From Arcobacteraceae bacterium (lineage in GTDB: Bacteria > Campylobacterota > Campylobacteria > Campylobacterales > Arcobacteraceae), in assembly GCA_963662945.1 (NCBI GenBank), contig OY759974.1, positions 1,664,001-1,728,000 on the forward strand: a DNA stretch of 64,000 nucleotides, written 5' to 3'. Below are positions 51,099 to 60,068 of this stretch, one piece after another; within the stretch, counting starts at the first letter, position 1; each line of letters begins with the position of its first letter. The notes under the pieces were generated by a model. It saw only the letters and a program-made list of their open reading frames with translations, ran no database searches and was not told the origin of the DNA. Made by a program: the position numbers and the translations under genes.

Positions 51099-52217
51099 TT
51101 AGTTGATGATATCTTTATAGTTTTCTCTTACTTCAAAAAACTCTTCTATATTATCAAAAAAGATATCTACAAGTTTTGGATCAAAGTGTTTGCCTCTTTC
51201 ATTTGCAATCATTTCAAAAATTTTCTCATCATCCCATGCTTTTTTGTAACATCTGTCACTTCCTAAAGCATCAAAAACATCTGCTAAAGCTGTAATTCTT
51301 CCATAGATACTAATATCTTCCCCTTTTAATCTTCGAGGATAACCATTCCCATCATATCTTTCATGGTGTTCATGTGCTACTTGAGCTGCTATTTGTAATA
51401 ATTTTCTATTTGAATGTTTCAACATCTCATAACCTAAAGATGTATGTGTTTTCATAAGAATTCTTTCTTCTTCTGTAAGGATTCCATCTTTATGTAAAAT
51501 TGCATCAGGAATAGCAATCTTTCCTATATCGTGCATAGGACTAGCTTCTTTGAGTAAAAGAATTTCTTCTTTCTCTAAGCCGTAATATTTTGCAAGTATT
51601 TCTGAATATAAAGTAACTCTCTTTACATGATTGCCTGTCTCTTTACTTCTATTTTCACATACTGTCCCCATTGTAAAAATAACTTCTCGTTGGGTTTCTT
51701 TTATCTCTTCATTAAGTGCATATATTTCAGATATTCTCTGTATCATTTGTTGTTCTAAATCATTATTAATTTCAATAAGTTGGCTTTTTTGATTTTTAAT
51801 AGTATTTTTAAGTTCAATTTTTTCAATTGTTTTAGTTATTGTATTTGTAAGTTCTTGATATTGTATAGGTTTTGAAACGAAACCTGAAATATCGGACTGG
51901 ATTAATTCTATAAAACTTTTTGTATCTGGATAACTAGAAAGTACAATTATAGGAATGAATTTATCTTTTTTTCTGATATTTTGAATGAAAGCAAGTCCAT
52001 CACTATCTTTCATATTTATTTCTGTGATAATTAAATCAAAACTTTTCTTATTGTATTTTTCTAAAGCTTCTGTTGTATTTGTTGCAGTTTCATAAGTAAG
52101 AAACATTTGGGTAAATACAGTTGTAATAGTAAGATGAGACATTGCATCATCATCAACAACAAGTATTTTAATATGATTGTTAATATTGATATTCTCGTAT
52201 AATGGATGAATTGACAT
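51099..52217 (-). CDS. Response regulator with HD-GYP cyclic dinucleotide phosphodiesterase domain
   Basis: REC domain (ILVVDDD, KP) plus ETGNHVKRV, HDIGK, HHERYDGNGYP, ADVFDAL. Confidence 0.92.
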   Translation of the reverse strand: MSIHPLYENININNHIKILVVDDDAMSHLTITTVFTQMFLTYETATNTTEALEKYNKKSFDLIITEINMKDSDGLAFIQNIRKKDKFIPIIVLSSYPDTKSFIELIQSDISGFVSKPIQYQELTNTITKTIEKIELKNTIKNQKSQLIEINNDLEQQMIQRISEIYALNEEIKETQREVIFTMGTVCENRSKETGNHVKRVTLYSEILAKYYGLEKEEILLLKEASPMHDIGKIAIPDAILHKDGILTEEERILMKTHTSLGYEMLKHSNRKLLQIAAQVAHEHHERYDGNGYPRRLKGEDISIYGRITALADVFDALGSDRCYKKAWDDEKIFEMIANERGKHFDPKLVDIFFDNIEEFFEVRENYKDIIN

Positions 52218-52286
52218 ATATTACACCTTTAATTTTATAATCACAATTGTAACGATAAGTAGTGTCATACAAGTAACAAATGTGAC

Positions 52287-52326
52287 AAAAACTTCAAAGA
52301 TTAGACAATGTCAATCTTGAAGTTTT
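52287..52326 (-). terminator. Probable terminator after the adhesin gene
   Basis: AAAACTTCAA(A)GATT...AATCTTGAAGTTTT imperfect hairpin. Confidence 0.55.
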
Positions 52327-52334
52327 AAATTTTA

Positions 52335-55300
52335 TTAGGCAATTGTCACAGCTGCATCTTCACTTACTTTTACTGTTACAGTTGGATCACTACTATTTGT
52401 ATATGTTTCAAAAGAATCTCCGCCATAGGTTATATTTGAACCTTGTACCCAGTTTCCTCCTGTAAGTGCTACACTATCTCCATTATCAGCAATAATGATG
52501 AGGTCATTTGTCCCATCTGTTACATTTATAACATCTTGTAGAGTTACATTTGTAATATTAGTATCTCCATTTTGAGTTAAATCTATTTTTTCTATACTTG
52601 TTGAAGTAATAGTTGAAAAGTCAATTCCACCAACACTTAATTCAAGTCTATCTGTTTCACCAACTGTTCCAGCTGTTGTAATATTTGTAATAAGATTATC
52701 CGTTGTAGCTGTAAATGTACCACTCTCTACACTTGAAATTTTTGCACCATCATCAGATTCTACAGTTTTAAATGTGTAATTGATAGTTTCACCTTGCAGT
52801 CCCTCTTTTTGAAAAGTTAAAGTATTTAGTTTATCTGTTGCTAAATCTATATTTGAGATAGTATAAGTATCTGTACCATTATCATAGGTTACATTTGCCA
52901 TAATATTAATTCCATCTTGTTTAAAGGTTACATCATTAGCACCAAATCCACTAAGTGTCAAAATACCAGTTTCTGAACCATCTAAGTCTCCAGCATTTGC
53001 ATTTAAGTTAATAGCTACATCGACACTTGCTGTTTGAGTTGTATTATTTGGAGTTACACTATCAAAACCATCTACTACACTATTTACAGTAACAGTAAAA
53101 GGTTTAGAAACTGTAGTTGTAGAACTTCCATCTTTGACTACAGTATCAAGTTGTAATGATACATCTGTAGTACTACTCCAGTTTTCTGGCGCTTTTAACC
53201 ATACTTTTGGGATACCACCACTTATATTTATAGTCCAGTTGTAGGTATTATAAAGAGTTCCATCTATAGTAACTGTTCCTGTTTGACTTCCTTTTGTTGC
53301 CAAAGTTTGATGAGCATCTCCAATATAAAGTAAAAAACCTTCAGGTACATCATCAATAAACATTGACATTACACTTTCTGAGCCATCATCATCTATTTGA
53401 TCTGCACCACTTAGAGGAGTTGAGTTTGTTTTATCTGCAAAAATTTGGATATAAGTATCTTCATCTCCCTCACCTTTCACATCTGGTAATAATAGTCCAT
53501 CTGCAACAGGAGATACTGAGATAGTAAAATCTTTTGAAGTTTCTGAAATATTATCAGCACCTGTCTCTTTTGCAAATACAGTATAGGTAAAAGTTACATT
53601 ACCAGAAGCATCTTGTGTTGGAGTGAATTTTAAACTACCATCATTTATATGAGTTATATCTACATCTGCAACTGTATGAGAAGCATCAAAAGTATAAGTT
53701 CCACCTGTCCATGTAAGTGTTCCATAGATTCCACTTTTATGTGTAATAGCTATTGTAGTTGCAGCATTTGCATCAGCAGCACCTTGAACAATTGAATAAG
53801 CAGGATCATCAACCGTATCAAAACTAATATTAATCGTACTCTCTCCATCTTCATTGATATTGTTTTTTACTACAGTTGAAGTGATATCATCAGTTATAGG
53901 AACTACATCTACGCTAAAAGGCTTATCTGCTGTGGTATCTCGTGCCCAACCATCACCAACATACGCAGTGAGATTTACATCAAAAGAGAGTTGATTTGAT
54001 ACACCAGCATTATTTTCATTGTAGTTTTCACTTGCAATCATTTTGATTTTGCTAAGTATATCATTTATACTTGCTTGAATATTTTGCTGTTGCGCTGTTA
54101 CTGTAATAAGATGTATACCATTGTAACTATTTACATGACTATCTGTATAGGAGTCAGTTCTATCAAAACTTACATTTGTTAAGTTACTAAAAGCTAGCGA
54201 ATAGGTAACTGACGCAGTAGGGTCAATATTATTATCAACATTACCACCTTGACCATCTCCTATTATTTCGATGATTCTATTAGTGTTATCAGTATACAGA
54301 GCAAATTGAGTATCTTCTTTTACCTCTATAGCATGTACATTCATATCCACATCTATTTCAGAAGAGCCTATTCCACCTACAGGGTCAGGTAAATTGTTTA
54401 TAAATTCGATTGTTTTGATTGCTTCTTCTATATTGTCTGACTGTGCACCAGTATCATGAGCATAAGCAGTTATTTTTACAGTTGATGTATCTGCAAAATG
54501 TCTTAATGAGTCATTAACTTTAAAATTTACCGTATAGCTTGAACCATTTGTATCTATAGCTTGAGAAGGTATATCTAAAAACCAGATATTTGTATCACCA
54601 CTGATTGCCATAGTTGCGTATGGGTCATCAACAGTAATACCTCTTTGCACCCCTTCTATTACAAATCTTGTAAAGTTTTCAGAACCATCGGTATCTCCAC
54701 TTGTCACATCTATATCAAAACTAAAAGTTCCCACTTCATTGATAGTTACAGTTGAAGCTGCATCATCATAAACAATATTGTTTGGAGATGTACCATTACT
54801 TGTATCAACAGAAATAGTATCTGTAACAGAAAGAAGTGAGATATTATAAACTCCACTTGCTTCTTCATTTGTACTTGTAAAAGTTTCACCATTTGCAGTC
54901 ACGGCATCTGAAACAGTATATTTAATACCAAATGAGCTATCGCTTGTGTTTGCACTCCCAACATTTGTGTCGTATTTTATATACACACTGCCTGTAGCTG
55001 TTCCTGTGAGTTTATAATAAGCACCCTCATCAGTAATATTTGCACCTGCACTTAAAACAGTAGTTGCACCAGCATCTGTATAAAGAGTAAAGTCTTTTCC
55101 AGTAATATCTGCTTTATTTATCCAAAGAGCATCAAGTGTTTCATTTGTATCACCATTTTGGTGTTGTATTGCAAAACTAACTTGACTAGCTACATCTTCA
55201 GTAACATTTGCACTTGTAGTTACAGTAGCTTCTACTAATGGTTTGACAAGAATACTTACATCTTTTTCAAATGCTTTACTATCTCCATCATTTTCAACAG

Positions 55301-58028
55301 TAGTATGTATCACTTTAAAAGTAAAATCTCCACTAAAGTTTTTAGAAGTTTGTAAGATAACCTTGTCTAAGTCAGCCACATCAAAACTCCACTCTCTACT
55401 AGTACCTGTTTTCCCATTAAAAGATATACCTACAGCATCTTGAATAGTAAAGTTTGAACCAAGGTTTGTTATAACTATACTTAAAGTTTCTGAATCACTA
55501 TCATACGAATCAAGTCCTGCTTCTTTATATAAATCTTTAAATGATATAGTTGCACCATTGTTTGTATTTGAGTTATCTTCTATAACAACATCGCTATATA
55601 TATTTTTTGCTGTATCTGCATTTATAGTCTCATTTGAGTCTAATTTTTTAAAATCATCATGTACAGGAATATCAGCAACACCATCAACAACTACATTGAT
55701 AGTTTTTGGAGCAGTTGTACTTGAGATACTATCTCCATCTTTAGTAAAGGCTGTTGCTTCAAAGTTGTAGTCAGCATTACTATTGTGTGGTGGGATAAAT
55801 TTTAGTGAGGCATTATTATCAAAGTCTGCTATAGTTATCTTCCAAGTACCATCACTATTATCTAAAATAGTTACATTTGGATTTGTTCCACTTATTATTC
55901 CTGAAGCATCTACTGTGATAGTTCCATTTGCATCGCTATAGTATATTGCACCACCATCAGGTATCTTATCAATTATTGTGGTAATCTCTTCTCTTCCACT
56001 TGTATCAACAACAGTAGCTGTTATATCTAAATCTATACCATTTTGTGGTGCTGTTATAGTCTCAGGATTTGAATCATTAGTTGTATTTCCATTTGCTCTT
56101 CCTGCATCTTCATCTCCTGTAGCTTGAGCTGCATTAAGAGCATCTATCCCATTTGCTACATTTTTTACATTGATTATAAGATAATCAGGAGTTGAGATAT
56201 TTGTATTTTGATCAGCAGGTGCACCTGTCTCACAATCTACAGTGATAACTTCCATTTTTACCTTAATTTCTCCAGCAAAAAAATCAGTTGGTTTTATTTG
56301 AAGTGTAGAGATATATTCAAAAGGGATAGTAACTCCATCATTTACATCCGTAACAGTAAGTTCATGATCTGCACCATCATTGTATAAAAATTTAAACCCA
56401 ACTGGAACTCCACTTAGTTTTACTGTTGTTATCTCAGAAGCAAAAAGATTAGCATTATTTCCTCTATCATCTTCATTTGTTACATTCAATCCTGTAAGTG
56501 GTATATAGCTATAAGTTGCACTTTCATCTATTGAAGCATAAGTAACATTACCTTGTGTAAGCACATCATTATGTGAGTCATTGTTTGTGTCTGTTGTTTT
56601 TGATTCTGCTATTGGAGTTACAGTTACTTTTACACTATCATTTACTATAGTTGTATTGTCACTTCTTACTACTTCGTAAGAAAACTCTGCATCTTCTCCA
56701 CAATAATGAGAAGAAGGGGTAAAAGTCACAGTTCCATCTCCATTGTTAGTGACAGTTCCTACAACCTCTCCATCACTTGTTCGTGTAATATCTATAGATT
56801 CATTTGTTCCTAAAGTTTTTTGAGTTGAAGAGGAAGTATCTGTAATAATAATATCTCCACCTATATCATTAAGAATAATATCTTTTGTAGTTTCTTCTGT
56901 TGTTGTAGTAAGAATATTTGTTGCCACATCTTTATCAAACATTAAAAATGGTTGTGTAGCACTATTTGAAATATCTCCATTGCTATCAATAATTTTGTAT
57001 GTAAAACTATCAGGAGTATGTTCTGTAATAGCGATACCCGTTGGGTCAAGTTCCCAAGTACCATTTTGATTTACAGTTAAAGTCCCTAGAGTTGTATTAA
57101 TAGTATAGCTTGAATGAGTAGTGTCAAATGTATATGTGGTATTATTATAAGTAAACTCTTTTAGTTCTTTCCCATTGACTAAACCATCATTTCCTGCTAT
57201 GTCATTTGACAATAATTGACCACTAACTGTAGCACCAGCTTCTTTAACGATAACTTTAGTATCATCAACAGCTATTGGAATACTATTAATAGGTAGAGTT
57301 TCTTCATTGTTGTTTATGACACCTGCATCACTTTCATTCTCAATATCACCTTCATATTTTGGTTCTTCTTTTTCTCCACCCCAATATGCTTCTCTTAAAT
57401 CACTTACAATATCTGTACTATCTCCATCTCTTGGAGTAAATGATAAACCTGTATCAGTATTTGTATTGAGTAAATCATCATTTTGTATTTTTTCATAATC
57501 CATAAGGCTAGGCCAATTAGCATCTCTTAAATCACTATTAATATCTGTTCTAGCACCATCTAATGCTGCAAATTGATTTTGTTGGGCTTCTTCCTTATCT
57601 GTTGTATATTCACTATCTTTTCCACCAAACTGTGTTTTTCTTAAATCACTGTTTACATCAGTTTGAACGCCATCAAGTTGTGTAAATGTAACAGATGGAG
57701 TATCTTCTGTTTCTTTTGGATTTGATGAAGAAAGGTCTAATGCTTTATTGATCTCTTCAGGACTAAAAGCTAGTTCTTCATTATTTAATCCTTGATTTAG
57801 AAGTGTTTTATCCAAAAATTGTTCATTTGCAGAAGTCAATACTAAAGGTTTAGTTCCATCTGTTGGTGTAATAGTTACCGTTGCACTTAAATAATTATTT
57901 CCATCTGGAACAATAGTCTCATTTTCATAAACTATATCACCATCTTTAAGTTCTTTTAAATTACCCTGAGAGTCTTTTACATAGAATTTACCGCTTAGAT
58001 TTTTTACTACTCCAATAACTTGTGCCAT
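52335..58028 (-). CDS. Large T1SS-secreted adhesin (LapA/BapA-like): retention module plus tandem Ig/cadherin-like domains
   Basis: N-terminus MAQVIGVVKNLSG.FYV.D..G..EL..GD.VY; D/T/N-rich beta domains with DxDGSE and V..VAD motifs; T1SS-type C-terminus (IEKIDL...TLQDV...L.I..D.GD.V); adjacent T1SS genes. Confidence 0.88.
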   Translation of the reverse strand: MAQVIGVVKNLSGKFYVKDSQGNLKELKDGDIVYENETIVPDGNNYLSATVTITPTDGTKPLVLTSANEQFLDKTLLNQGLNNEELAFSPEEINKALDLSSSNPKETEDTPSVTFTQLDGVQTDVNSDLRKTQFGGKDSEYTTDKEEAQQNQFAALDGARTDINSDLRDANWPSLMDYEKIQNDDLLNTNTDTGLSFTPRDGDSTDIVSDLREAYWGGEKEEPKYEGDIENESDAGVINNNEETLPINSIPIAVDDTKVIVKEAGATVSGQLLSNDIAGNDGLVNGKELKEFTYNNTTYTFDTTHSSYTINTTLGTLTVNQNGTWELDPTGIAITEHTPDSFTYKIIDSNGDISNSATQPFLMFDKDVATNILTTTTEETTKDIILNDIGGDIIITDTSSSTQKTLGTNESIDITRTSDGEVVGTVTNNGDGTVTFTPSSHYCGEDAEFSYEVVRSDNTTIVNDSVKVTVTPIAESKTTDTNNDSHNDVLTQGNVTYASIDESATYSYIPLTGLNVTNEDDRGNNANLFASEITTVKLSGVPVGFKFLYNDGADHELTVTDVNDGVTIPFEYISTLQIKPTDFFAGEIKVKMEVITVDCETGAPADQNTNISTPDYLIINVKNVANGIDALNAAQATGDEDAGRANGNTTNDSNPETITAPQNGIDLDITATVVDTSGREEITTIIDKIPDGGAIYYSDANGTITVDASGIISGTNPNVTILDNSDGTWKITIADFDNNASLKFIPPHNSNADYNFEATAFTKDGDSISSTTAPKTINVVVDGVADIPVHDDFKKLDSNETINADTAKNIYSDVVIEDNSNTNNGATISFKDLYKEAGLDSYDSDSETLSIVITNLGSNFTIQDAVGISFNGKTGTSREWSFDVADLDKVILQTSKNFSGDFTFKVIHTTVENDGDSKAFEKDVSILVKPLVEATVTTSANVTEDVASQVSFAIQHQNGDTNETLDALWINKADITGKDFTLYTDAGATTVLSAGANITDEGAYYKLTGTATGSVYIKYDTNVGSANTSDSSFGIKYTVSDAVTANGETFTSTNEEASGVYNISLLSVTDTISVDTSNGTSPNNIVYDDAASTVTINEVGTFSFDIDVTSGDTDGSENFTRFVIEGVQRGITVDDPYATMAISGDTNIWFLDIPSQAIDTNGSSYTVNFKVNDSLRHFADTSTVKITAYAHDTGAQSDNIEEAIKTIEFINNLPDPVGGIGSSEIDVDMNVHAIEVKEDTQFALYTDNTNRIIEIIGDGQGGNVDNNIDPTASVTYSLAFSNLTNVSFDRTDSYTDSHVNSYNGIHLITVTAQQQNIQASINDILSKIKMIASENYNENNAGVSNQLSFDVNLTAYVGDGWARDTTADKPFSVDVVPITDDITSTVVKNNINEDGESTINISFDTVDDPAYSIVQGAADANAATTIAITHKSGIYGTLTWTGGTYTFDASHTVADVDITHINDGSLKFTPTQDASGNVTFTYTVFAKETGADNISETSKDFTISVSPVADGLLLPDVKGEGDEDTYIQIFADKTNSTPLSGADQIDDDGSESVMSMFIDDVPEGFLLYIGDAHQTLATKGSQTGTVTIDGTLYNTYNWTINISGGIPKVWLKAPENWSSTTDVSLQLDTVVKDGSSTTTVSKPFTVTVNSVVDGFDSVTPNNTTQTASVDVAINLNANAGDLDGSETGILTLSGFGANDVTFKQDGINIMANVTYDNGTDTYTISNIDLATDKLNTLTFQKEGLQGETINYTFKTVESDDGAKISSVESGTFTATTDNLITNITTAGTVGETDRLELSVGGIDFSTITSTSIEKIDLTQNGDTNITNVTLQDVINVTDGTNDLIIIADNGDSVALTGGNWVQGSNITYGGDSFETYTNSSDPTVTVKVSEDAAVTIA

Positions 58029-58090
58029 TTTTTATCCTTATTTAAAATTTGTATATTGTATTTTGATTATGAATTCAAATCAATCATACT

Positions 58091-58702
58091 TTAGGGTGGG
58101 GTTTGTTTTTTATTTCTACCAAAAAGAAGAGATAAAGATAAACGATTTTTTACATGTAATTTTTCATATATATTTTTTGTATGTGATTTTACAGTATTGA
58201 TTGAAATGCTGAAATGTTCAGAAATATCACTATTACTAAAACCATCTTTTATAAGTAGAGCTATTTCTAACTCTCTTGATGTAAGAATTTGAGTAATCTC
58301 ATTTGGGATAGTTTTTTCTTTCTGGAAACTTTGAATTAATGATGTTGTAAATTCAGGATATATCCAAATCATCTTATTTTTTATTGTTTCAATTGCCGAG
58401 TTTAGATATATAGTATTCATTTGAACATTTCCATAACCTTGAATTCCAAGAGAAAGAATATTTTTCCCTTTTTCAAAAGTTGGAGTTCTATCTAGAAGTA
58501 GAATGTTTATATTATGTATCCGTGCACTAGATAAAACTTTTAATAAGTTTTTATAACAATAGGTATAATCCAAGATAAGTAATATATTTTTATAATGATA
58601 AAGTTTATTAATATCTTCTAGTATTTCTGTTGAACAACAAGTGATTTTTTGTTTCCAATTGTAGAGTAACATTAAATCTTCACTATATAACATTACATTC
58701 AT
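58091..58702 (-). CDS. LuxR/NarL-family transcription regulator
   Basis: LTSRELEIA.LI..G.SN..I...IS.NTVK.H...IY.KL.V.NR HTH; degenerate REC domain; likely ATG 58702. Confidence 0.88.
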   Translation of the reverse strand: MNVMLYSEDLMLLYNWKQKITCCSTEILEDINKLYHYKNILLILDYTYCYKNLLKVLSSARIHNINILLLDRTPTFEKGKNILSLGIQGYGNVQMNTIYLNSAIETIKNKMIWIYPEFTTSLIQSFQKEKTIPNEITQILTSRELEIALLIKDGFSNSDISEHFSISINTVKSHTKNIYEKLHVKNRLSLSLLFGRNKKQTPP

Positions 58703-58703
58703 T

Positions 58704-60068
58704 TTATCTATCTCCAAAAGCATATTGTTTTGTTTTCAAAATAGGTTTTAAGATATAACTTAAGATACTTTTTTTGCCAGTTAATATATCCACTTGTGCA
58801 GTCATACCAGGTATTATTTTTAAGTCTTTTGATTGTACCAAATCACTTTTTTGCGTCTCAATTCTTACTATATAATAAGTATTGTCATCTTTGTCTTTTA
58901 TGGTATCTGGACTTATATTTACAACTTTCCCTTCCAATCCTCCATAAATAGAGAAATCATAAGCAGAAAACTTTACTATTGCTTTTTGAGATGGATAAAT
59001 AAAAGCTATATCAGAGGGTTTTATTTTTGCATTTACAAGAAGTTTTTCATTTGTTGGAACTATCTCGATGAGATCATCTCCTGGTTTTACAACACCTCCT
59101 ATTGTATGAACAAAAAGCTTTTGCACAACACCATCTCTTGGTGCTTTTACGATAGTTCTTGTGACTTGGTCTTCTAAAGCTTTAGAGTTACTGATTGCTC
59201 TATTATATTCAGATATAGACTCGTTAAGTTCTTGTTTTGCTTTTGCAGAAAAAGAGAGTTTTGTTTCCTCTATTTTATGTAAAATTTCATTGATTTCAGA
59301 CTGTAATCTAACAATAGAAAATTCTGCACTTTTAAACTCATCTAAAGCATTATTTTCCTCTTTTTGTAATCGTAATAAATCAACTTGAGAAGCAATACCT
59401 CTTTCAACCATAGGTTCAGTCATACTAATCTCTTTTCGTATCATTTTTAAAGATTTTGAAAGATAGGTTTTTTTTGATTTTGCATCTTCAAAAGAGTTTC
59501 TCTTTTGTATAAGTTGTTCATTGAGGACATCTAAACTTGAATTAAGTTGATTGATATTTGTTTCATAAAGGCTTAACTCATTTTTGACATAAGGTTTTAT
59601 AGCTTCATTGTTTGCTTTTGTTAAATCAAATGCCTCCCCTTTTGATTGTGCTGTGAGCCGTAATATTTTTGCCTCAAGAGAAAGTGCTTTTACTTCATTT
59701 GATTCAAAAGTTGAGAGAGATTTTTCATTGTTTATTTTAAGTAAAATATCTCCTTTTTTAACTACAGCTCCCTCTTTGATAAGGATATCTTCAACAATTC
59801 CACCCTCAAGGTTTTGTACTATTTGATTTTCATTACTAGGGATTACATCTCCACTACCTCTTGCAATCTCATCTATTTGAGATATTGCTGCCCAAAGGAA
59901 GAAAAAGCATATTGCAATAGACCAAAATATAAGTACAATATGAAGTTTTTTTGGATGTTTTTCTAAAACAGCACTGCTAAGACTATCCATATATTCGTAA
60001 TCTTCACGAGTGAGTTCTCGTTTTTTTGGAAGTATTGTTTTTCGTTTAAATTTATTTAAATCTATCAT
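58704..60068 (-). CDS. HlyD-family T1SS membrane fusion protein
   Basis: Q.VQNLEGG, GGVVKPG, IVP, YD..IYG.LEG.V..ISPD, PGM. Confidence 0.95.
   Translation of the reverse strand: MIDLNKFKRKTILPKKRELTREDYEYMDSLSSAVLEKHPKKLHIVLIFWSIAICFFFLWAAISQIDEIARGSGDVIPSNENQIVQNLEGGIVEDILIKEGAVVKKGDILLKINNEKSLSTFESNEVKALSLEAKILRLTAQSKGEAFDLTKANNEAIKPYVKNELSLYETNINQLNSSLDVLNEQLIQKRNSFEDAKSKKTYLSKSLKMIRKEISMTEPMVERGIASQVDLLRLQKEENNALDEFKSAEFSIVRLQSEINEILHKIEETKLSFSAKAKQELNESISEYNRAISNSKALEDQVTRTIVKAPRDGVVQKLFVHTIGGVVKPGDDLIEIVPTNEKLLVNAKIKPSDIAFIYPSQKAIVKFSAYDFSIYGGLEGKVVNISPDTIKDKDDNTYYIVRIETQKSDLVQSKDLKIIPGMTAQVDILTGKKSILSYILKPILKTKQYAFGDR

Noticed and set aside
42444-52334. Prophage or integrative element
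   Set aside because: No integrase, transposase, tRNA target or phage structural genes seen
58070-58105. CATACT-TT-AGGGTG as a LuxR/NarL operator upstream of the adhesin
   Set aside because: Only a 4/6 palindrome, single occurrence, overlapping the luxR stop; too weak to call
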